A DNA stretch of 64,000 nucleotides, taken from assembly GCA_965112735.1 (NCBI GenBank), contig OZ218951.1, forward strand, positions 4,712,001 through 4,776,000. Reading direction: 5' to 3'. Positions 1-11,250 of this stretch are shown piece by piece. Origin of the DNA: Phaeosaccion multiseriatum (lineage: Eukaryota > Protista > Ochrophyta, other classes). Numbering within the stretch: the stretch's first letter is position 1; the number at the start of each line of letters is the position of its first letter. Below the pieces are notes generated by a model, which made no database searches, was not told the origin of the DNA, and was given only the letters and a program-made list of their open reading frames with translations. Both the position numbers and the translations under genes were made by a program.

Positions 1-37
1 CCCTCTCCCCCCACCCCCCTCCCCCTCTCTCGTGCAG

Positions 38-1215
38 GCCTACTTGGGCTCAAGACGCCTGAACTTCGCATCGGCCTTCTTGACTGGGGCCAGACGAAGG
101 AGCTCACAATGGAGCAAAGGACCATGATCTCCACGCTTATGCTCGCGCTGGACAGCGACGATGCAGCCGCCATCGTGGAGGGTGAGTGCACTGCGGTGGG
201 GCAGAGGAGGAGGGAGGGAGGGAGGGAGGGAAGGAGGGAAGGGGGGGAGAGGAAGGAGGGAGGGAGGGAGACAAAGGAGGGAGGGAGGGAGGGAGAGGGA
301 GAGAATTGGTGGAAAGTGCTATCATGCATACCATTGTTGCAAGCCCTTAGTTGTTTACTCCACTTCCCTTTCTTTTCCCTTCGCTCCTCCCTCCTGCTCA
401 CTCTCTCTTCCCCCTTCTCTCCTCTCTCTCTTCCTCTCTCTCACTCTCTTGGAAGGCTTCAAAGGGTTGGGTATTACTTTGGCCAATCCTGAAGACGACG
501 ACAGCATCGAAAAGCTCGCAAGGGTGAGTGAGTGAGATAGATAAACTTCTTCACTGGGCTGCACCGCCGAAGTGAAGTATCAGAACTATAATTATAATTA
601 AGCCTCCTTCGCTCCCTCGTTTACCCCCCTCCCCTCGTCCTCCCCTCCCCTCCCCTGCCCGTGCCATGTCCTGCCCGTACTGTGCAACTTGCACACCGAA
701 GATCATGTTCGACACGAAGACCATTCCCGGCCTGGACTTCAACCCCTTCAGCGCCAACAACGTCCTCAAGCTCAACAGCGTCAAGGAGTACCCTCAGGTA
801 GACACATCACACCCACTGCCATCCGCTGCCATCAGCGGCCATCAGCTACCATCCTCGACATTACTCTCGCGCATGTTGTACAATTGTCACTTGCATTGAG
901 TACCTCTGCTGAGACCCCCTCCCCTCCATTCGATCCACTGCCAACCCCTCCCCTCTCCCCCTCTCCCACGCTCCCCTCGTCTCCATCCATTGCCATCCCC
1001 TCCCCTCCATCCGCTGCAATCGTCAAAAGGACTTGTACTTTGTGCTACGGACGTGTTTGATGTTCCGAGGAATGTCGCAAAGCCTTGGACTGGAGTTTAG
1101 CCTCGCCAAAGAGTGGGCCCCGTACGCCCAAAGACACTTGGATCGCTGCCATCACGACCAGCGAAGGCAGGAGCGGCACGAGCAACAGCAGCACCGGCAT
1201 CAGCAGCACCAGTAG
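38..1215 (+). CDS. ABC1/ADCK (UbiB/COQ8) family atypical kinase, 3' portion (5' end upstream of window)
   Basis: Exons 38-181, 456-523, 702-797, 1030-1215 join in frame through GT-AG introns: ...LRIGLLDWGQTKEL...GFKGLGITL...IMFDTK...YPQDLYFVLRTCLMFRGMSQSLGLEFSLAKEWAPYA...stop. LLD(W/F)GQxKEL and the C-terminal FVLRT..xRG segment are typical of ABC1 kinases. Confidence 0.8.
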
Positions 1216-1372
1216 CAGCAGTTGGTGGACCGAGAGGAGGATAAGGTCCCCTCTCTTGGGTAGGCAGAGGTACTGCCCTTTCTCCCAACGGAGCGGATTC
1301 ACGCAGTCCGCGCACGGCTTGGCCTTCAGCTAAGCCTAAGCTAAGCCTGGTCCAACCCATTGACAGTAGCAG

Positions 1373-1446
<74 letters not shown>

Positions 1447-2448
1447 CGCTTTGATTCGTCTCTTGAAAGAGGGGCGGGCCAGCTACTGCATCGCATTGAA
1501 GCAGTACAGACTGACAACAAGGAGCCGAGGGGGGGCGGGGGGGTGGCGGAGGGCGGAGAGAGAGAGAGAGAGAGAGAGAGCTATCCCTCCCGCCGGAGGA
1601 AGGAGCATCGCGAGCAAGGTCGACCCGTTTGGTCAGTGGGGTCGGGCCCACCCAGCCAGCGCATCAGAGCTCTGATCAGCTCTATCAGTTGCCATCAACT
1701 GACATGATGAGCCCATGAGCGGCTTCAGACTGTTCACAAGTGCAGTCCTTCCTTCCTGTCAGTGCAGTCCTCCCTTCCTGTCTGCCTTCCTTCCGCCTAT
1801 TTCAGGCCACCAAAGGAAAGGAAAGGGGGGCGGGGGAGAGAGGCGGTGAGAAGCGGAGAGGGTGGGAGCGAAGTGTATGTAGAAGACGCCTGATGCAAGC
1901 AAGTAAGGGGTGACTCTGTTTTGCGTCATAGTCTTGCCGTGAGGAAGACAAGAAAAGAGAAAGAGGAGGAGAAGGAGAAGGAGAATACCCCCACTGGCAA
2001 GAGGAGCGAAAGAGAGGGAATTCTCTCGGGGGAGAAGTTGGGAGAGAAGCCTCCCCTCATTGGCACGGCACTGGCTTGGCTTCATGCACGTAGACAGAGA
2101 AGGGGAGAGACGAGCGAGCAGCAGCCTAGCGTGCACATCAGAGAAGGAGAGGGAAGACTCAAGACGAAGCTGCCCCCCCCCGCACCGTGAGGGGTCAGGT
2201 GACCAACCGCGTGCATGCAAGTGCGTGCCTCTCTCTCGCCGCTGTGATTCTAAACTCTATTTTTTATGTATTATAGAAAATAGAGTAACACATCCGAAGG
2301 TGCCTTCTTTACTCCTCCTCCCAATGGAGACTACTGGCCCTCGCCTTGCGTCGTAGGAGTGGAGCTGGGCATCGAACGTATCCGGACAAGTGTCCTTCTC
2401 TTGGCACAACTTCGACACTTCAGCAGGGGTTCGGGAATGGTGAGCTTG

Positions 2449-3005
2449 TCATGCCATCTCCTCCGCCACCTCCTGCAGCACCTCAGGGCTAACCTCTCTC
2501 TGCGACACCTTCAGCCTCCCTTCCTTGCCAAAGAGACGGTCAGTGCCCTGCATCAGGTCCAACGCGCTCTGTGACCCAAAGTGCTGCCTGTCCGCGGCCA
2601 GAAGGAACTCCATCGCTGCTACATCGCGATCCCTTCGTGCCTGAGTCAGGGCCTTTGAGAGTGAGGCCCCTCCTGAGAGCAGCTCCAGCGCCGCCCCGCT
2701 GTGGCCTTGTTGTGCCGCAGCAAGCAAAGGCGTTACGGTGTAGTTACTGCCCTCACTGTCAGGATCAGCCCCTGCAGACAGCAACACACGGATCACTGCC
2801 CCATGGCCCTCTCCAGCAGTATACAGCACAGCTGAGTGCCCCTGAGTAGTCCGCATTTCCACATCGGCACCTCCTGAAATGAGTTCCTCCACGACACGAG
2901 CATGGCCAGCACCAGCTGCAATGCGTCTATCGCTCCACCTCCGCAGCCACCATTCACCTCTGCACCAGCCTGGCCAGTTTTCGCACAATGCTTCTATGCC
3001 TAGCG
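2449..3005 (-). pseudogene. 5'-truncated, frameshifted ankyrin-repeat gene fragment (paralog of the 51.7-61.8 kb array)
   Basis: Encodes GHARVVEELISGGADVEM...GASLSKALTQARRD...KEGRLKVSQREVSPEVLQEVAEEMA*, nearly identical to the array C-terminus. At 2930-3005 the HRSIVRKL..GAEVN repeat is recognisable only out of frame. No MQRTFSTE first exon. Confidence 0.85.
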
Positions 3006-3801
3006 AGTAGATGGGAAGTTGCATTCGCCGCTCCGGCCTGTCAGGGGCCGTATCCAGCAGCAAGACCGTCGGAGGAGAAGGCAGAGTGAAAGCACGGGGC
3101 CAGCGGCCTGCAAGGTAGCGGCCTTTCTCTCATCATGAAGTGAGAGTCACGGAGCTTGAGGAGTACTTGCGCTCCACAGCACTCCCACTCTTAAGACATG
3201 ATGCGTTCTCGTCCTTCCTTCGCCGAGACTGCCTGCGAAAGCTCCTCCTCCCCTCAAAGTAGAGTAGACTCTTCCATATTCTTCTCCCTTGTCTTGCCTC
3301 ACCCTCCCTAAGTCGCTACATTTGTCCCAACGGGCACGTCTGTCCGCCGCAGACTCTCGTCTACACTTGCTCAGACGGGGCTCAAAGCCCCTCTCTCTCG
3401 TCACCCTCAATAGGGCAGCTCGTCATGGCAAATCGTAGGCAAAAAGGTCCAAAAAGGGTGGGCCCCCTGGGAATTCTGTTTTGAGCCTGGCGGCCAGCCA
3501 GAGACTGTCGAGAGAAAGAGAGTCCTTGGCAACTGGGCACAGCAGACAAAGGAGCAGCGAGGGAATCGAGGGACGCGTGGGAATCTGCCTGGTACATCGT
3601 ACTTTCATTTTGGGAGGGCGGCGCTGGGAAGCACAGTCGAAGCGTTCTGTGCTCCCATTTCGAACTGTGACTTATAACGAACACGCCTCGCAAGAACGAT
3701 CTCAAGGGGAGGCAGTTGGGCGCAGGGGCGAGGGAAGGAGAAGGGGGGAGGGGGGGCGGAGGAGGCATTGGCCCGGTTGCCAGCTTGGCAAGCTTGGGAG
3801 G

Positions 3802-4331
3802 ATGAAGCTTGAAGGCAGCGGGCCATTAACCCTGCCCTCATCGTCTTCTTCAAAACAGTCAACGGGAAAGACAGTTCAGCAGCGCGGGCGCAAGGCCTCT
3901 GCGGATCGGGCGCTGGGGAGCAAGCACCGCATTCCCAGGTCGCAGAGCGGGTGTGGCCGTAGCAGCGGCGGCTTCGGCAGTCTTGAAGGCGACAGCAGCA
4001 GTGGGAGTAATAGCGGGAAAGGAGGGGGGGTGATACCAACAAAAGTAGAGACTATGGCTCCCAGTAACGGCGGTTCGCTCGGGGGAGGGGGCTCGGGCTA
4101 CAGCAGCAGCGGCAGCAGTGAGGGAACGAGGTCGTTTCACAAGTCGCTGACGCCCCTGACCAGGAGCGCCTTCTCCGTCGACATGGCGGGCAAGCCCTAC
4201 GCCAGCTCAGCGCCGCCCACACCACCAAGCCATTGGAATAGTAGTAGTAGCAGCAGCAGCAGCAGCAATAGTAGCAGTAATAGTAGGGGGTTTGGGGGCA
4301 GCACCATCTCCACCCGCCGCCAGCAGCAGCC

Positions 4332-4372
<41 letters not shown>

Positions 4373-6792
4373 TGTTGCCAGTAGCAGTGTCCCCACCGCG
4401 AGGGACGGGTTTTAGCGTGACCAACTATGTCGGCCGACTGGGTGCTGACATGGCCAAGCGCTGGAAGGGGGCGGGCAAGGGGGGCAGCGCAGCGGGCACT
4501 TGTAGCAGTGATAGTAGCAGCGGTGGTGGTGGTAGTAATAGTGGGAATAGTTCAGCAGGTACGGACAGCTGCATAGGCGGGAGCAGCAGCAGCAGCAGTG
4601 GCGCCACCAAGAGCATGAGTAGGGACGTCTCTACTCTGAGTCTGCGATCCATCGACCTCAGCAGCCTGGGCGGTGGGGCCGGAGGAGGAGGGGGCGGAGG
4701 GGGGGGGGTAGGAGGCGGGGGGCACGACAGGGATCTCTTAGAAAAGACGGCGGCCGGCTTGTTGCTCCTCGCGCAGAAGCAGAACAATGGGGGCACATGC
4801 GCCAGTGACTTCATGTTCAGCAGTAGCAGCTGTCACGGGAGATTGGGTGAGAGCGACCGCGACAGCAGCTGTGGAAGCAGCAGCAAGAGCAGCAGCACGA
4901 GCCCGAACAATCGACACCACCGGAGAAACGCCACCACCAACGGCAAAGGGGCGTACGTCCGCTGGCGCTCCACACTGCTCGAGATTGTAGGCTTCCTCGG
5001 TTGGGTGGCCCTCATTGCCGTGGAGCTGGTGCAAATCCCCCTCATTTGGTTCGCGTTTTGGGAGTACATTTGCCCCTTCGGCCGCCTCCAGGACGATGCA
5101 GCCGTGTCTGTGGTTGGCCTGGGGGACGCCGCGGGGGTGGGCGCGGGGGCCGGGGAGGACGCCGACACCGGCATCGGGCTCCGAGGTGGTATGCCTAGTA
5201 GCCTGGCAGACAGAGGGGCGGGGGCAGGAGAAGACGACATGGAGGAGGTGCTGCAGCACGGGGCAAGCCGTTACGCCCTCCCCCTCTACTTGCTGTGGAT
5301 CCTCGGCGTCTACTACTACCGCAAGGGTCTTCGTCGCCGTGCCCCGGGCATGATTGTGGACATCTTGGTGCATGGAGAGATCTTCATCTGCGTGGCCGTG
5401 CTCATGACGCTCTGTGTCAACTTTGCGTCCTTTGTGCATACCCCCGGCCCTCTGCTCTTCGACCTCGGCTTCAAGATTATTCCGGAGCAGGCTGTGGACT
5501 CCAAGTGGAGGCCTCTCAGCGACACCCTCACTGGTGAGTGGCAGGGTGTGTGTGTGCGTGTGTGAGTGGGTGTGAGTATGACACATAAAAGCTCTACATT
5601 GCATTGGTGTGTGTGTGAGTTTGTTTGTGAGCATGGGATGTTTCTTTTTTTGGGGTGTGGGGAGGGGGTGTGGAGTGGTGTCAACCCTGAACTCTCCATC
5701 CTTTGCTCTTTTTTGAAAACTTCTCTTTTACATTTCGTGTCGTTTCTCACCCCCCTCCTCCCTCCTCCCCTGCTCCTCCCCCACCCCAACACCCCACCCC
5801 AACACCACCGCAGCCCTCCTCCCCGGCATTGCCTTCGTGCGGAGTCTGTGGCTGGACCGCAAGCACCGCTGCGCTCTGGTGACGTCATGGCTGCGGCTCA
5901 TCTCCATCACGTACCTCTTCCGCTCCTGCACCGTGTGCCTCACCTCCCTGCCCGGCCCCGCCCCACACTGCAGCAGCTACGAGGGATACCATCCGCCGCA
6001 GGTAGGTTGGGTTTCTGCATATAGAACTGAATGGAGCTGAAACCCCCCAATTTTCCAACTCCCACCCCCTTACCCCCCCACCCGCACTGTTCTGATATTG
6101 CCATCCACTGCCACCCCGCCCACCACATAGGACTGGCATGACATTGCCACTGGTCTGGGCCCCCTCGCTGGCGACTTCCGGACTTGTGGCGACTTGATCT
6201 TCAGCGGCCACACGGCTTGGACCACCATCACCATGCTTCTCGTGGTTAGGTCCTTCCGAGGCATGAAGGGGTACAAGGCCGTCAAGATGCTGGGCCTGCT
6301 GTATCTGTGCACCATGTGCGTCATGGCCATCGCGGGGAGAAAGCACTACTCCGTCGGTGAGTTTTGTGTGTTGGTACAGTGAGTGAGTGAGTGAATGAGT
6401 GAGGGAGTTGGGTTGGTCCCCTTCCTTCCTCCACCCAATACATGCTTCATTCCTCTCACCCTTTTTCTCTCTTCTCGTCCCCCTCCCCTCCACCCCCCAC
6501 CCCGTCAACGAACAAAAACACAGACATCACCTTGGGCATTCTCATTGCAAGCCTGACCTTCTTCCGCTTCCAAGACGGCTGGCACCTCCCCACGCACGGA
6601 CACGGCAGCCACGGCACCGGCAACGGACAACACGACGGCCAAAACTCCGCCACGGCCTTTGACTATCGCTTCAACTATGGTGGAGTGCCAAGGAAGAGCA
6701 GCGCGGACCTCGATTTGTTGGACCGCACACACGCCAACCAACTCCTCAACGATAGCACAAGCCTTCTCCTCGGAGGCATCGAAATGGTGTAG
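3802..6792 (+). CDS. Inositol phosphorylceramide synthase / sphingomyelin synthase family (PAP2-like) with long Ser/Gly/Gln low-complexity N-terminus
   Basis: Exons ~3802-5533, 5814-6001, 6131-6356, 6524-6792. Motifs FVHTPGPLLFDLGF, LTSLPGPAPHC, CGDLIFSGHT and RKHYSV|DITLG (catalytic H-x3-D assembled across intron 3), plus multiple TM helices. Start codon uncertain. Confidence 0.9.
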
Positions 6793-7128
6793 TGTGCTGA
6801 GTGATGTGCTTTATTGCCGATATATATATATATATATATAGTTATATATATATAGAAGTATATATATATGTATATTGGAGAGGGGGTGCGCCATTCATTT
6901 ATGTATGGGGTCGGTGAAGAAGAGGGTGGGTGGGTGGGTGGGTGGGTGGATAGGTATGGATATGTGTGTGTTGAGTGAACAATTACATTTACATTTGACC
7001 TTTCTCCAAAAGTGATAGTTTTTTTATCATCCATATTTCTGACTTACTCCGTCTCCTGAGGGGCGGCATGACTCTTCCCATGGGGTCGCGCTTAACTCTC
7101 ACTGGAGACGAGTCTTGATCTGTTGTGT

Positions 7129-7161
<33 letters not shown>

Positions 7162-7532
7162 CCTGAGTATCAAACGGAACCGCAGCCCCCAGCAGCGGTA
7201 CAAAACTTGCAGTGAAATTGTATGTATGTATGTGTGTGCCTGTGTGGCTCCAGAGACACGCATGGACCGACCTGAATTAATTAAGACAAAACATAACAAA
7301 TTAGAAGATAGAGTTGCGTGGGGAAGGGGGGACGACAACAAAAGTCTCAATCGAAGCGAAAAGGATATTAAAATCGAAAAGAGGATAAATTCATAAATTC
7401 TTACAAATAATAATAAGAACGAGAAGAGCTTCAACCAGTGCAAAGCAAAGAGAAAGAAGAAACTTTCCGCCGCCACCCCACCTCTTCTTCGTCACGCCTT
7501 ACCCGTCACCAAAAATGCTTCGCAGTACAATA

Positions 7533-7790
7533 GTGCAGTGAAATACCCCCGCAATCAGGATGCCATGCACGCACCCTGCGGAGTTAACCATTGAAGTTCA
7601 GCCAAGAGGGCAGGGCGCAATCAAAAAGAGTGAAGAACATGTAGTTGAGGGAGGGGGGAGAGAGCGAGGCACGGACCCTGCCTCAAATAGTGGAAACGTG
7701 CAGTGAAATAACCCCGTAATCTGGATGCCATGCACGGAGTTAAGCATTGAAGTTCGAGGCAGCAGGGCGCAATTAAAAAGGGTGAAGAAG
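7533..7790. repeat. Degenerate ~95-105 bp direct duplication (7533-7638 / 7698-7790)
   Basis: GTGCAGTGAAATA..CCCG.AATC.GGATGCCATGCACG...GAGTTAA.CATTGAAGTTC...GCAGGGCGCAAT.AAAAAG.GTGAAGAA occurs twice. Confidence 0.75.
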
Positions 7791-7797
7791 AAAATAA

Positions 7798-9351
7798 ACC
7801 TATATAACAATTGTTTGGATTATCCTATATGCCTCTAAATGGGCAAAATACTGCACGCTCAGCGCTCTAACCATATGCCTCTACGATTTTCCTCCAGATC
7901 GGCTCCCCACTGCCTTTTCCTGTATAGTACAGGCTCCCCGGTACCTCCTCCAGCACGCTGGGTGCCCCCTTCGTGCGGGAAAATCCGCTTAAAGACTTTC
8001 ACCCGCTTTCACCTCCTTTCTGGCCAGCTCGCGCTGTGCCTGTTTTTTTTTTTTTGTTCTCTCTCTATCAAACCCATCAATTCTCTTCGTCTGTCTTCTC
8101 TCCGGCAGCCACCTCTTCTCCTTCCCCTCCTCTGTCTTCTCTCCTGCAGACTTCGAGTCTTTCGCCTTCCCACCCACTTCCTCCACGGGGCAGCCGATTT
8201 CCTGCATGGAACACCTGCAGGCCCAGCAGCTCAAAGCCCGGAGGAGACGCATCGCAGCCAGGGCAACATGATGATGGTGAGCATCCCTGCTTCTTCCACA
8301 CCCGCCTGTCCTTTCCTGCACCTTCTCCTCTCCTGAGCCGCGCTCTCCTTCCTTCTCCCACCTTCTGTGTCGTTGTTGGCTGTGCGCCGGCCTCCTGCTC
8401 CTGCTGCGCAATGTGTCCACCCGCCACTTCCTCGCCTCCGCCTCCTCCTCAGGTGTCTCCCCACTGTCCTTCTCCTCATCGTTTCGTCTGCCCAACCCCT
8501 TCCCCTTCATTCCCCATGTTCGACCTAGTGCCATGCACAAGGCAGCTAGAGGCTACGACAACGAGCAGCGCCTCCTCTAGCAGGGCACCACTGCGGCGCA
8601 GGAGGTGCCTTCCCTTTGGATCGTCGGGAAAAAGTGTGGGTAAGTACCCCTTTGTAGGCAGGCAGTGTTAGCTTACTAGGTAGATACCTCCTACTGCTGA
8701 CGAGGGCATGGCCTATGACGGCATTCTTGAAGTGAAGGCGTGCCGCGCAGACGGCCACAAACTCGTCGGTTACAACTCCTTCCCCATCACTGGGTACAGG
8801 ATGTGGGAAGAAGGGAAGCAGGGGAGACATGGCCACGTACGCACCGAGCGTTTTTCTCAGGATGAGGCTGGCCAGCGTCGATTTGGGAGTTGCAAATGGA
8901 GCAGTGCTTGACAGGGAAGGGCTCCTCGAGGGGAAATGCCCCCAGGACATTTTGGCCGACGTCGCTGGAAGAGCCGCACCAGTCAAGAGAGCAATTTTTT
9001 TTTTGAAGTGAAGACTCCACGCCATATGCGTTAACACCATTAAAACCAAATCATTAATACCATTCACGACGTTTTCTTATCCACGAGACTCCGTCATCAA
9101 GACGCATCGCAGCCAGACCAACCTCCTCTTCCTCCTCCTCCTCCTCCTCCTCCTCCGCCGCCAAGTCTTTCCACATCCTGCACTCGCCATTTGTGAGTCC
9201 CTCCTACTTTTGCTCCTCCTGGCTGCCCGCCTCGCCTCCCCCTTTCGCCTTCCTCTCCTCCACTCTCCCTTCTCCCACTTCTTGCCAACTCCAACCCTCT
9301 TCTCTCCTCCTCCTCCACCCTGCCGAGGGCGCAGCCCGAAGCACCACCTTG
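7798..9351 (+). mobile_element. Non-autonomous Helitron-like element, unit 1
   Basis: Shares its 5' end (ACCTATATAA...ATATGCCTCTAAAT...CTGCACGCTCAGCGCTCTAACCATATGCCTCTAC) and its 3' end (...GCCGAGGGCGCAGCCCGAAGCACCACCTTG|T, GC hairpin upstream of the terminus) with unit 2, which carries Pif1 helicase sequence. Confidence 0.6.
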
Positions 9352-9354
9352 TAG

Positions 9355-11099
9355 ACCTATATAAGATTTCTTCGTTATCCCATATGCCTCTAAATATGAA
9401 AATGCTGCACGCTCAGCGCTCTAACCATATGCCTCTACTTTTGTGCCTCTACACTGTACAATTTTTCCTCCGGACCGGCTCCACACCGTCTTTTCGTGTA
9501 TAGTTCAAGTAATAGTTCAAGTAAGCCCCCCAGTTTACACAGCAAAGTAAGCTCGTGCAGTACGTGCTTTGCAGTGTGCCTGATTCTTCATCTCTTCCTT
9601 ACCCTTACCTATCTGTTATGCCGCCAAGCAAGCCTCTTTTTTTTTCTCCTTACGCGGTTCCCCCTTCTCCTGTTCCTGATGTGTCTCTTTTGTAGCGGAC
9701 GTGTTCCCATCCACTTCCTCCACGCGGCACGTGCTGCCACCAGCACTTGAAGCAGTAGCCCTTGCAGTGAGGACAGAGCAGTTGCCCTTGCAACAGCAAG
9801 CGTGGGTGTTGTGCCTGCAAGAGAGGACTTGATACAAGGTAAGCGGGCTGCCTTCTCCTCCTGTGTTTTCTTTCCTTCAGGCTTCAAATCTTTCTTCACT
9901 ATGACCATTATTAAATCTCTTCGTCTCATCCTTAAGTGGCCGCCCACTTCCTCCACGCGGCAGCCGATTTCCTGCATGGATGAGCTGCAGGCCCAGCACC
10001 TATGGACACGCATCGCACTCAGACCAACATGATCAGCCCACTCGCTTGCACTTTTCACTTCTCTTTCTCACATCAGTCACAAAGACAACTGCACCTACAC
10101 ATAGCCCTAGCAACAGTGCCTGCAAGAGACGACCTCATACAAGGTAAGCGACTGTACAGCACGTAGGTTGATATCCCATCAAATCTCTTTGTCTCGCTCC
10201 TTCTTACGTGACCGCCTCGCCTCCTTTCTTCTCTCCTGCAGACTTTGAGTCTTTCGCCTTCCTACCCACTTCCTCCACGCGGCAGCCGATTTCCTGTATG
10301 GATGACCTACAGGTCCAGCACCTCCAGTCCGGAGACGCATCGCACTCAGACCAACATGATGATGGTGAGTATCCCTGCTTCTTTCACACCCGTCTGTCCT
10401 TTCCTGCACCTTTTTCTTTCCTTTGCCGCGGTCTTCTTCCTTCTCCCACCTTCTGTGTCGTTGTTGTGCGTGCATCGGCCTTGCTAAGAACGACATCCTT
10501 GTGCATTCTTACACCTGCAAGACCCGTGTACCGGACATCACGGGCATCCAAGCACCCTTTGGTGGCAAGACCATCCTCTTCGCCGGAGACTGGCGGCAGC
10601 TTGGCCCCGTCATCCCCTTCGGTGAACAGCATGACGTCGTCGAAGCAGCCCTCATCACTTCGCCTCTGTGGCCCGCCATTCGCTTCCCTTTCCGCCTCGC
10701 CTACGCCCTCACCATTAATAAGGCCCAAGGACAGACACTCTCCCGCATTGGCATTGACCTACGAGAAGACGTCTTCTCTCACGGACAGCTCTATGTCCCT
10801 CTCTCCCGAGCCAAAGCCCACGACAAGGTTGTCCTCCTCGTCCAGCCCTCCCGCGTCTTGCACGGCGTCGCCCACACTGCCAACATTACATACTCTGTCT
10901 TCATTACCGCTGCTTCGGCTCCAGAATAAAGAATAATTAATTAGAATTTGCACTCGCCATTTGTGTGTCCCTCCTCCTTCCTCACCTTCCTCGCTCACGC
11001 TCCTCCACTCTCCCTTCTCCTCCCACTTCTTGCCAACTCCAACCCTCTTCTCCCCTCCTCTTCCTCCCTGCCGAGGGCGCAGCCCGAAGCACCACCTTG
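9355..11099 (+). mobile_element. Internally deleted Helitron, unit 2, with Pif1 helicase remnant
   Basis: ~10540-10930 encodes [19 protein letters not shown]...SPLW fused to [44 protein letters not shown] (Helitron Pif1 motifs III, V, VI). Same termini as unit 1. Confidence 0.8.
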
Positions 11100-11250
11100 T
11101 AAAAATGTAGTTGAGCATGAGAGCGAGCGAGGGAGCGAGTCCTCACAAACACACTCGCCCCTAGCCTAGTCTAGTAGCAGTACGAGCGAGCTGAAAGAAC
11201 AGCAGCGACAGCCAGCAGAGCGCAGCAGAGCAGCAGAGCAGCACGCAAGG

